From contig NC_058372.1 in the NCBI RefSeq assembly GCF_018350175.1, positions 98,766,001-98,830,000 of the forward strand: 64,000 nt of DNA, given 5' to 3'. The position numbers and the translations under genes were made by a program. The DNA comes from Felis catus. Its lineage: Eukaryota. The notes beneath the pieces were generated by a model. The model was given only the letters and a program-made list of their open reading frames with translations, was not told the origin of the DNA and did not search any database. Below, piece after piece: positions 49,453 to 60,285 of this stretch; the first letter of the stretch is position 1, and every line of letters begins with the position of its first letter.

Positions 49453-50150
49453 TCATTGTGGATTTAAGTTGTATTTCTCCGCTAATAATTCTGTGAATTT
49501 TTCATGCGCTTATTGGCCTTTTGTATATCTTCTTTTGTGAAGTGCTTGTTCAAATCTTTTCCTCATTGTTTTACTGGATTGTTTGTCTTCCTTACTGAGT
49601 TCTTTGTATCTTCTGAATACAAGCCATTTATGATGATAGATAGATATAAATATCCCGCAAATGTTTACAAATACATTTATTCATATTTAGTAATAGATAT
49701 ATTTTATATATTTAAGACTATAAATACAACTATTCAATATATATTTATGTGTGCTATATAATATATAATAAATATATTTATATATGTAATTTATTTATAA
49801 TATAAACACATACATTTGATAATGTTTTATCCCAGTTTGTGGCTTTCCTTTTCATTTTCTTAATGAAGAGCAGAGCTTTCAGTTTTGACTAGGTCCAATA
49901 CCTCAATTTTTTTTTCATGGTGTGTGATTTATGCATCTTAAGAACTCCTTGCTTACCACAGAATCACAAAGATTTTCTCCTATGTTTTCTTCAAGAAGTT
50001 TTACAATTTTAGCTTTTATATTTAGGTCCGTGATCTCTTTTGAATTAATTGTTGCATATTAGTTAATGTAAGATTCTAGGTTTTTTGTTTTTTGTTTTTT
50101 TTTTTTTCCAAATGGATACCAGCATCATCTGTTGAAAAGACTATCCTTTT

Positions 50151-50250
50151 GGGACTGGCTGGCTCAGTCGGTAGAGTGGGCGGCTGCTGATCTTGAGGTT
50201 GCAAGGTCAAGCCCCACGTTGGGTGTAGAGATTACTTAAAAATAAGATCT
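50151..50250 (+). mobile_element. Short tRNA-like carnivore SINE (outer element of a nested stack)
   Basis: ggctggctcagtcggtagag...caagccccacgttgggtgtagagattacttaaaaat. Confidence 0.8.
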
Positions 50251-50253
50251 CTA

Positions 50254-50488
50254 GAGGCGCCTGGATGGCTCAGTCAGTTAAGCGTCTGATTTTGACTCAG
50301 GTCACGATCTTGCAGTCAGTGAGTTTGAGCCCTGCATTAGGCTCTATGCTGACAGCCCAGAGCCTGGAGCCTGCTTCGGATTCTATGTGTCCTTCTCTCT
50401 CTGCTCCTCCCCTGCTCATACTCTGTCTCTGTCTCTGTCTGTCTGTCTGTCCCTCTCTCAAAAATTAACTTTTTTTAATTAAAAAAAT
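50254..50488 (+). mobile_element. Can-SINE (nested)
   Basis: Full copy flanked by aaaataag...ta repeats. Confidence 0.93.
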
Positions 50489-50502
50489 AAAATAAGGTAT
50501 TT

Positions 50503-50700
50503 AGGGGCATCTGAGTGGCTCAATCGGTTAAGTGTCTGACTCTTGATTTAGCTCAGGCCATGATCTCATGGCTCATGATTTCCAGCCCTGCATCAGGCTC
50601 TGTGCTGACAGTGCAGAGCCTACTTGGGATTCTCTTTCTCTCTCTGCCTCTCCACCACTTGCACTCTATCTCTCAAAATAAACAAATAAACACAACAAAG
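50503..50700 (+). mobile_element. Can-SINE, older type (nested)
   Basis: ctcttgattt and cttgggattct diagnostics. Confidence 0.93.
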
Positions 50701-51889
50701 TTAAAATCTTTAAAAAAAAAGAAAAGATTATTCTTTCTCCATCGAATTATGTTAGCACCTGAAAATGTATTATTGAAAACACAATGACCATATATATGTG
50801 GATCTATTTCTCGATGTTTATTCTGTTTCACTGATGGGCACAGCGATCGTATGTCAACACCACACTGCCTTGGTGACTGTAGCGGCCTAGGAAGTTTTGT
50901 AGTCAGGTAATATAAAATCTTCACATTTGTTCCTTCTCAAATAGTTTTGGCTACTTAAGGTCCCTTATTTTTAAAAATTCCTGCTAGAATTTTGAGTTGA
51001 ATTTCACTGACTCTATTAATCAGTTGGGGAGAACTGACGTTTTAACAATACTGAAGCTTCTAATCATGAACATAAGTAAAGGAAAGGCTGTCTAATTTCT
51101 GAAGTGTTGAGTCCAAAGTCTTCTGTTGACATGCGTTCCATACCTGTGCTTCATTTATCACTATATGTTTGAAATTATATTGTTATATTTATTTTAAGAA
51201 AACACTAAAATATAATAAAGTAATTTGTTTTATATTTTAAAAAATGGTATAGCTCTCCTTTTTGTAGCTCTTTAATTTATCTGAGCAACATTTTATAGTT
51301 TTCTGCCAAGAGGATTTGGATGCCTTTGTTAGATCTGTACTTAAGTATTTCATCTTTTTTGATACTATTGTAAATAAATAAACGGTATTATTTTTATATT
51401 TTTTATATTTCAACTGTTTGTTGCTAGTATACAAAAGTACAATTAATTTTTGCTTATTGCCATTGTATTGAGCAACCGTGTTAGATTCAGTTTTTATTTC
51501 TAGTAGATTTTTGTTGATTCTCTAGGATAGCCTACATACATGATCACACTATCTGCAAATAAAAGCAGTTTTACTTCTTGACTCTTTAATTTGTATGGCT
51601 TTTATTTCTTCTTCTTGCTTTATTGCACTGGACAGGATCTCCAGTAAAATACTGAATCAGAGTTTGAGAGTGGATACCTTGCCTTCTTAAGTAAGTTGTG
51701 AGTAGTAGGATTTTTGTAAATGTGATAAATATGCAAAAGTTATACAAAAAAGTTATATATATAAACATATGGCTATCCAATTTACAACTAGTCTTTGATA
51801 GCTCTGTACTTATTTCTGAGGACACATGGGACCATGAAACGGACACTTTGGCCAAGATGGGAATGAGATATATTAGTAATTTATAATGT

Positions 51890-52240
51890 GCTATTTAAAG
51901 TCCAAAACTCTCCTAGAGGCCCCTGCATCAACTTGTCTAAATTGTTTATTGAGAATGTGTAGACTGAGGGCCTACACCTGGTTTACTATATGCACAGCCT
52001 GGTTTGGGGTACATGAGAGCAGAGAACGGAAACTGGCTTGGAGTTTTTATGGCGATTGTGTGAAGGGACCAGACTGAGGGTTCCTATGCAGGGGGAAAGG
52101 GGCTTGCATTGTTTGAATCTCTCCCCTGAAACAACGCAGGGAGTATCTGGGTTTTCTAGGAGTCTGTCCAGATGTGGAACAGGAGAAGAAACTGAGGCTT
52201 AAAAGCTGTCAGGAAACATCAAATAATGGAGTCAGACACA
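51890..52240 (-). mobile_element. Probable ERV LTR fragment inside the L1
   Basis: Break in L1 character; tttatt at one end, aaaagctgtcag...aaacatcaaataatggagtcaga at the other. Confidence 0.35.
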
Positions 52241-52545
52241 TCTGAGGAACTTGTCCATATTACCTAAATTGCCAGATTTAGTGACATATAATTATTCATA
52301 ATATTCTTAAAGTATCCTTTTAATGACTACAGAATCTGCAGTAATATCTTTCCTTTTCATTTCGCACATTGGCAGTTTGTGTCTCTTTTTTGCTTGATTG
52401 GTCTAGTATAGGTATATCAGTTTTATTTACTCTTTCAAAGAACCAGCTTTAAGTTTCATTAATTTTTATTTATTGCTTGTCCATTTTCTATTTCATCAAT
52501 TTTCTCTTTATTATCTCCATTCTCCTCTTGTTTTTCTAGCTTCTT

Positions 52546-52578
52546 TTTTTTTAGAGAGAGTGTGCATTTGCACTTGTG

Positions 52579-52618
<40 letters not shown>

Positions 52619-52777
52619 TAAGTGGGGGAGGGGCAGACAGAGAGGGAGAGAAAATCTTAAGCAGGCTCCACACCCAGCACAGAGCCCAATGAGGGGCTCA
52701 GTCTCACGACCGTGAGATCATAACCTGAGCTGAAATCAAGAGTCGAATGCTTAATGAACTGAGCCACTCAGGTGCCC
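52546..52777 (-). mobile_element. Can-SINE with internal (CA)n
   Basis: TSD tttcta(g)cttctt. Confidence 0.92.
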
Positions 52778-53123
52778 ATGCATTTCTACTTCTTAACGTG
52801 AAAGCTTAGATTGCTCATTTTAGACCTTTCTTTTTGTCCTCAGCTTTATATATGTATAAATCTCATGTATCTATGCACATATACAATTTTTACATGTTAA
52901 TATAACATAGATTATGTAAAAATTGTATATATTCAAGGTGTACAACATGATGTTTTGATATATGTATTCATAATATTATCTTTCTTCTTTCTTAATATAG
53001 GCATTGAAAGCTAAAAGATCTCTTGTTAGTGTAGTTTTAGCTGCACCCCACATACTTTGATATGTTATATTTCAATTATTGTTCAGTTAAAAATTTTTCT
53101 TTTAACTTTAAAAAATATTTTCT

Positions 53124-53333
53124 TTTTTTAACGTTTATTTTATTTTTGAGACAGAGAGAGACAGAGCATGAATGGGGGAGGGCCAGAGAGAGAGGGAGAC
53201 ACAGAATCTGAAACAGGCTCCAGGCTCTGAGCTGTCAGCACAGAGCCCAACGCGGTGCTCGAACTCACGGACTGCGAGATCATGACCTGAGCCGAAGTCA
53301 GACGCTTAACCGACTGAGCCACCCAGGCGCCCC
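53124..53333 (-). mobile_element. Can-SINE
   Basis: TSD aaaaatattttct. Confidence 0.96.
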
Positions 53334-54039
53334 TAAAAATATTTTCTAATTTCCCTTCTGATTTGTTCTTTGACCTATGGGTTGTTTAGAAAAGTGTCAT
53401 TTAATTCCAACTACTTGGAAATTTTCTAGATTTCTTTTTGTTAGTTTCTAACTAATTTAATTCTACTGTGGTGAAAGACCATACTCTGAATTCAGCCCTT
53501 TTACGATATTAAGATATGGTTTATGGCCACTACGTAGCCTGCCTTGGTGAACGATCTACGTATACGTAAAGGGGTGAGTAGTCTGCTATAGCTGGGTGGG
53601 ATGCTCCACAAATGGTGGCAGCTTTAGAGCAGTCTGGGGGTGGTTTTCAGGGAAGGTCATGGTTAAAATTATAAATGACAAAGAGGAAGCAACCAGGTAG
53701 AGATCAGGGCAGGCCAGACAGAGGGAGTGGCTGGTGCAAAGATCCTGAGATGCGAGGTGGGCCCCATAGCAACTGCCATCACTAGACGGATAGACTCTCA
53801 CAACACATGCTCACTCGGGTGTTGGAGAGCTGCTGTTACACGCGGACTGGTTCTTTATATCCATAATCCTCCTTTCTTTTTTGACCAGAGGCTGGTGGAA
53901 TTGAAGGGATGCGCATCTGGCTAGCCAAGCAGAGGACCCGTTTCTAGTCTTTACCCCAGTTGTGATTCCCAGGCAACTGCCTTATTCCCAAGACTCACTA
54001 AAACAACAGCTCTAAAATAATGAAAGCAGCTATAATACA

Positions 54040-54265
54040 TTATACAATACCCAGCATAGATGCCCAGCAGATTTCACTTAATCCTCACAACTACCTTATG
54101 GAGTGGGTATCATTATTCCTTTGACACGTAAGGATGTCAGTGTTCAGTGAGGCTGGGGATCTCGTACAAGTTCATGCAGCTGGGAAGCAGCCGAGATGGG
54201 TTGTAAGCCCAGATTGCTCTGACTCTAAAGCGCATACTTTTAACCATTAGACCACACTGCCTCTA
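54040..54265 (-). mobile_element. MIR
   Basis: cacttaatcctcacaactaccttatg...ctctgactctaaagcgcatactttaacc. Confidence 0.65.
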
Positions 54266-54773
54266 CTCACCCATCTTGTCTACACTGGTTTATGATCCTT
54301 GACTCTCCCAGGTTCTTCAGCATGCTGAGCACGGAGCCCTGCCTTGCTCCTGCTAACTCTCCTGGCCTGGACGCAAACCTATGATTAGAACTTGCTCTAT
54401 CCTGATATCCCCAGGCCCACTGCATCCCTCGCTGTGTGATTCTGGCTATGCACACTTTGCTGCACCAGTGGGATTCAGTTTTTGGCCCCTGGCCTAGGCC
54501 TCACACAGGCCTTCCCGACTAGGAAACAGGCCCAGCTCCGGGTCTCGGTCTCTCACCATCAGCTCCATGCCTCTGAGGCTTCCTAGACCCCGGATCTGCC
54601 AGAACTCCCACTGTCCTCCAGCTTCTACCTTCTCCTGGGTGGGGTCTGTGTAGCTTATAACCCCGACGTTCCTGCACATCGTCTTTGGAAGTAGATACCC
54701 AATTAATTTTATCAGAAATCAAATGTTTATCAGTAAAACATTTTTGCACCTGTACCCCCTATATATACATTTA

Positions 54774-54970
54774 GGGGCACCTGGGTTTCCCAGTCGGTTA
54801 AGCATCTGACTCTTGATTTTGGCTCAGGTCATGATCTCATGGTTTGTGGGACTGAGCCCCGAACTGAACGGCTTTGTGCTGATGGTGCAGAGCCTGCTTG
54901 GGATTCTCTCTCTCTCCCTCTGCCCCTCCCCTGCTCCCACACGCACTCTATAAATAAATAAGCATTAAAA
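54774..54970 (+). mobile_element. Can-SINE A of a tandem triple (older type)
   Basis: ctcttgatttt and cttgggattct diagnostics. Confidence 0.94.
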
Positions 54971-54981
54971 AAAGTTATTTA

Positions 54982-55185
54982 GGTGCACTTGAGTGGCTCA
55001 GTCAGTTAAGCGTCTGACTTCGGTTCATGTCATTATCTCATGGCTCGTGGATTCAAGACCCACGTTGGGCTCTGAGCTGATAGCTCAGGGCCTGGAGCCT
55101 GCTTTGGATTCTGGGTCTCCCTCTCCCTCTGCCCCTCCCTCACTCATGCTCTACCTCTCTCTCAAAAATAAATAAACATTAAAAA
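54982..55185 (+). mobile_element. Can-SINE B of a tandem triple
   Basis: Flanked by aaagttattta repeats. Confidence 0.94.
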
Positions 55186-55196
55186 AAAGTTATTTA

Positions 55197-55436
55197 GGGG
55201 CGCCTGGGTGGCGCAGTCGGTTAAGCGTCCGACTTCAGCCAGGTCACGATCTCATGGCCCGTGAGTTCGAGCCCCGCGTCAGGCTCTGGGCTGATGGCTC
55301 GGAGCCTGGAGCCTGTTTCCGATGCTGTGTCTCCCTCTCTCTCTGCCCCTCCCCCGTTCATGCTCTGTCTCTCTCTGTCCCAAAAATAAATAAATGTTGA
55401 AAAAAAAATTAAAAAAAAAATAAAAAAAATAAAAAT
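55197..55436 (+). mobile_element. Can-SINE C of a tandem triple (young SINEC_Fc type)
   Basis: CpG-rich, long A tail, flanked by aaagttattta. Confidence 0.96.
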
Positions 55437-55864
55437 AAAGTTATTTAATTATATATAAATTATAGACATACCCTACCGTACCGTGTTAAAGAATGAGATA
55501 AAGTACTTTCCCTGATACATTTTTAAATATATTATATATTATATACAGTATTTATGTACACATACTAATATTTTATGTATCTTATGCACTATACACACTA
55601 ATATTTCCCACCTTAAGAATTCCACGTAAAAAAATATGTGTGTGGCATATATATGAGAGAGAGTGTATTTCATTTTATCTCATTAACCCTTTTTATATTT
55701 TTGTGCTTTATGAAGTATATAGTCTACTGGTACAGGACACATGTCTAATAAATATAGGCACAGTGATAGTTGCCATTCCAAGGATTTTTGTGTGGTTCAC
55801 ATGAAGTGTGCCCCCTCTTCTGGAGACCCCTTAACCACAAGGTCCAGGCCAAGCCCTTCAGACC

Positions 55865-56025
55865 TCGGCTTACCAGCTGGGTGAGCGTGAACCCTGGATG
55901 TAATTTCCCTGAGCCTCATTTCTCATCGGTAAAATTGGAGAACGGCACCAACTCTTGAAGGTAGTGGTGAGGACAGAGAGAAGAAACGCTTAGAAGGGGG
56001 TCTGGCCCAGAGAGGGTGGTCAGTG
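55865..56025 (+). mobile_element. MIR
   Basis: ttccctgagcctcatttctcatcggtaaaattggaga. Confidence 0.6.
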
Positions 56026-58596
56026 ATCGATGACTGTCACCATCATTTTACCAGGGGGATCACTCCTACCTTCGGCCCGATTCACGCTGATCCATCCTGC
56101 CCTGCTGGGGGCCCCTTACCTTCTAGCTCAAGGGCTACCTTTCCCGATCACTCCAGCCCACCTGAACGCCCCCCTCATACACACTCTCCTTCCTTGGGAC
56201 CCCCTGACTTTCTGTACTTAGGCCTAGGCACCCCCAGATGCACACTTAACTATTTCTGTCTATCTCACTTGCCCAACCGCTTACACACTCTTGAAAAGCA
56301 GGGGCACATAGGTCCTGCTTCTTTGGTACCCACTTCAAGCGGCACTCGGGCAAAGCAGTTAAAGTGGGCCCGTGCCCTTAACTGCATGGATCTGGAGTCT
56401 TCCTGAATCCCCTCCTCCTGGCATTTTACCACCCTTTGTCCGTTGGCCGAAATCACAAGGTTGCATCTGTTGGCCTGTGAAATCCCACAGGCTCCTGCAG
56501 AAGAGGCCACTCCAACCAGACACACTCCGGCAGGTTCNNNNNNNNNNNNNNNNNNNNNNNNNNNNNNNNNNNNNNNNNNNNNNNNNNNNNNNNNNNNNNN
56601 NNNNNNNNNNNNNNNNNNNNNNNNNNNNNNNNNNNNNNNNNNNNNNNNNNNNNNNNNNNNNNNNNNNNNNNNNNNNNNNNNNNNNNNNNNNNNNNNNNNN
56701 NTGAAGTCTCATGCAGCACGTGGCAGAAGCTGGAAAGGGCAAGGACAGAGCCTCGCTCTCGGTAAGGGCAGGGAAAGAAAGAGGATCTGCCGGGCAGGCA
56801 GCCCTTGCGTGGGTCCAGATCCCCAACGAGAGAGCTCTGGACCCCCTCCAGGGGCTGAAGACCCTCAGGGCAGGCCAGACTAGCCACCCCCACCCCCACC
56901 CCCACATAGAGATGGCTGCTTCCGGGTATGGGGACCTCTCCTCCACCCCCTAAGCCCCTGTGTCATTTGGAACCCAGGACATGGCCACCTCCAGAAACTG
57001 GTTGTGAAGAGTATGTGAAATAGCGAGAATTTAAACTTCTTAAATTCATTTCAATTCGGCAAACCTCAGGCGCCCCCATGTTGCAAATGTGTGCCCTGGG
57101 CGACACTCTCTTCCCCCCTAAGAGGTTTACATGGACAGATGGGACGTGTAACAAGTATCCCACAGCTCGGGATAACACACAGTATACAAGCTAATGAAGG
57201 AGCGGCTCGGGTATTCTGGAATCAGGGAGGAGAGAGTAGGAATAACACCATATAGAACATGGGCTACCATGGAGGGCTGCATGGAAGAGGCAATACTTGT
57301 CCTGAGCCTTGGCTCCTGACTCCGGGCACCTGTAAGTTGTCTTCCTCAGTACTCAGTTGAACTCAGCAAGTACTACTTAAATGGTTAAATAAGGTGTCCG
57401 GGACTCGGTTGTTGCTTGTGCCTGGTTGCTGACGGTAACCTTGAAGTCCTGCATCTTCTTTTGTCTTTGTGGAACTAACTGGAAGAGTTTGAAGGGACTC
57501 AGACCTCCAAAAGTTGACACTGAGGACCCTGCAGCCTTGTACTCTTTGTGGGGTGTCCCCCTTTCTTATAGAGACCGTGGAGGTAACATGGGTTCTTGGC
57601 TTAGATGTAAAACTATGAGAGTAAACTAGGGCAGCACACGCTGGTGATTTATCACTTTTAAAACGGTTTTGAAATGCAAAACGGTCTCAGCCACTTTCAC
57701 TGAATGCTTGCCCTCCTGCAAAGTCAGCACAAAGGGTTAATGCTAATCCCTTTGCCAGAAATGTACAAAAGGCGATCTTTGTGGGGTAAAGGGGCAGCAA
57801 ACCTGGAAAGACAGGAGGAGGGACAGGTTGTGTATTTTAAAAGGACTCAGAAGAGCAGGTGAAGGGGCAGGCATCTTTAACATGAAGTCTAAACAGACCA
57901 CAGGGACAATAGGAAACGAGTCCGAAAAACAGCAAAGTACTCACGCATGCAAACACCCAGACAGAGAGGGAATGTTCCAGCGTGAACAGAGTTTAAAACC
58001 CCGTAGACATCCAGGACAGCAGACAGCTTGGGTTAGAAATCTGGACCCACTGCAGCTAATGAAGGTGTAAGGGAGGAGGGGGAGCCCCTGTGGGGTATTA
58101 GCTGTGGAAATTCAGCTGTACCTTGAAAGTCACCGGAGGCTCCATCCCCAAGAGGCAGACACCTGAAGCAAGGGGGCAGCTCACACTTGCTTCAGAGAGA
58201 GCCACACTCAAAGCCGGAACACGTGGAGGGTTACTTTTCAGACCCGGGGACCAGGTCTAAGTTGGCGACCAAGGGCTTGGAAAGACCTGGAGATAGATGG
58301 TAGCAGAGCTCTTCGGTGAGGAAACGCTTTGTACGCTGTGAAGCACTATTCAAATGTCAGGTTTTTGTTTTTAAGGAAATTAACTTCATTTGGAACAAGT
58401 ACCCATGGTTCCCAGCCTCTTAGCAGTGAGTGCTGTTTGCTTTGCTCCCACCATCCTGGCTGAACATTAACCAGTTCATTTATTTATCCCTTTACTCAAT
58501 TCATTTGATGCACATTTACTGAGCATCTAACAGGTGCTGGGTCCACCTGAATGAGTAAGAAGACATGGCTGATGCCCTCAAGAAATCCGCAGCCCA

Positions 58597-58826
58597 GGAG
58601 CACCCGGGGGGCTCGGTCAGTCAAACGTCTTGACTGACTGACTCTTGGATTTCAGCTCAGGTCATGATCTTGGGGTTTGTGGGTTCGAGCCCGGCACTTG
58701 GCTCCGTGCTGACAGTGCACAGCCTGCTTGGATTCTCTCTCTCCCTCTCTCTCTCTGCCCCACCCCCACTCACTCTCTCTGTCTCCCTCGACATAAATAA
58801 ATAAACTTAAAAATTTTTATTTTTTT
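58597..58826 (+). mobile_element. Can-SINE inserted in an L2 3' end
   Basis: TSD aaatccgcag; L2 motif catttactgagcatct upstream. Confidence 0.93.
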
Positions 58827-59731
58827 AAATCCGCAGTCGGGTAAAAATGCTCTAAAGGTACTTGTTTCACCAAATGCACGGGAGAAGTCCAAAAGGAGGT
58901 GAGAATGACCTCCTCTGGAGAGGGGACGAGGATGGCAGCACCGTTGAGTTCTTTACCGGAGACACTCGACTACGGCCGACCCAAGTGCACCTCTGAGATT
59001 CAGAAGACGGCTCCACTGTGAGTGACCTTTCCACACGTAACAAAGCGAAAACGGTTGTTTTGACCTTGGAATAAGCCGCTGTTTCGATTAGAAATTAATG
59101 AAACGGACATGACCACTTCTGGCAGCTGTTCCCAGCAGCTCCTGAGTGAGCCCTGCAGGTTGCACGGGCACCAAACAACATTTGATTATTTCCTATTTCA
59201 CACTGTCCACTCGGAGGCCAAGCCAGGTTCTGCTTCACGTGAATGGAGCTCCCCGGATTCGTTTTAGCTCCATTCTCAACTTCCTGTTGACCCAGATCCC
59301 TCTCCGGTCCCAGGCGTGCAGACTCTGTGCTCCAGTTACAGAGATTCTACAGAGGGAATAGCCATGCGTGCTGTCCCCTGGGCCCCCAGGCCTGCTGTCC
59401 TGCTCTTTCGGGTGACCACAGCACCTGTCAGCCCTCTCAGGTAGACTGGCCCAGGGGGGCTGAGGAAGGCCCTCAAAGGGGAGGGTATCCAGGCATCCTG
59501 ACGGGCAGTGCCCACTCCCCATTGGAGGGTGCGGGGAAGAACGTTCTTAACTGTCCTCTGAGAAGTTGTAAACAAGCAGAAGCATCTCCAATCTAAGTAT
59601 TTTGAGGGTGTGAGAATGAGAATTCGTGTGCTAGGGCTGCCGTCGCAAAATACCACAGATCGGGTGGCTTAAACAACAGTTTAACAGGCTGGAAGTCCAA
59701 GATCAAGGTACCCACAGATCTGCTTTCTCCT

Positions 59732-59935
59732 GGGGCACCTGGGTGGCTCAGTCAGTCAAACATTGGACTCTTGATTTTGGCTCAGGTCATGATCTCACAG
59801 TTCGTGGGATCAAGCCCTGCTTGGGATTCTCTCTCTGCCCCTACTCTGCTCTCTCTCTCTCTCCAAATGAACATTAAAAAAAAAAAAAAAAACTTAAAAA
59901 GAAAAAACTAACAAACCTTATTAAAAAATAGTAAT
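59732..59935 (+). mobile_element. Can-SINE (internally deleted)
   Basis: TSD ctttctcct. Confidence 0.9.
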
Positions 59936-60104
59936 AATTACTTTCTCCTAAAGCCTCTCTCCTTGATTTGCAGATGGCGCCCTCTTGCTGTTTCTTCAGG
60001 GTGGTCATACCTCTGTACACATGCCCCTGGTGTCTCCTTGTGTGTCCTAATCCTCTCTCGTTATAAGGACACCAGTCAGATCAGATCGGGGCCCATGATC
60101 TCCA

Positions 60105-60285
60105 GGGGCCCCTGGGTGGTGGCTCAGTAGGTTAAGCCTCTCGGGTTCTGCACTGTTAGTGTGGGGCCTGCTTGCGATTCTCTGTCTCCCTCTCTCTCTG
60201 CCCTTCCCCCACTTGTGCTCACTGTCTCTCTCAAAATAAATAAATAAATTTAAAAAGTATGTAGAAACATTAAAAAAAAAAAAAA
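60105..60285 (+). mobile_element. Can-SINE (internally deleted)
   Basis: Flanked by atctcca repeats. Confidence 0.88.

Larger units (their letters stand above)
48500..53580 (-). mobile_element. Large fragmented antisense L1 hosting several SINEs and an LTR
   Basis: Long T-rich L1 antisense motifs (ttcattcatccgttgatggg, gaaactgccaaact, tgttgaaaagactatccttt, atctgcaaataaaagcagttttact). Confidence 0.85.

Noticed and set aside
50151-50225. Possible tRNA gene
   Set aside because: Degenerate tRNA-derived SINE with a SINE tail and TSD; no intact cloverleaf.
54760-55465. Repeat-spacer or CRISPR-like periodicity
   Set aside because: Repeats are TSDs and the spacers are SINEs; eukaryotic DNA with no cas genes.
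59967-59990. CTCF-like motifs in the MLT1 LTR
   Set aside because: Several mismatches in the 5' core; cannot be supported without a PWM score or ChIP data.
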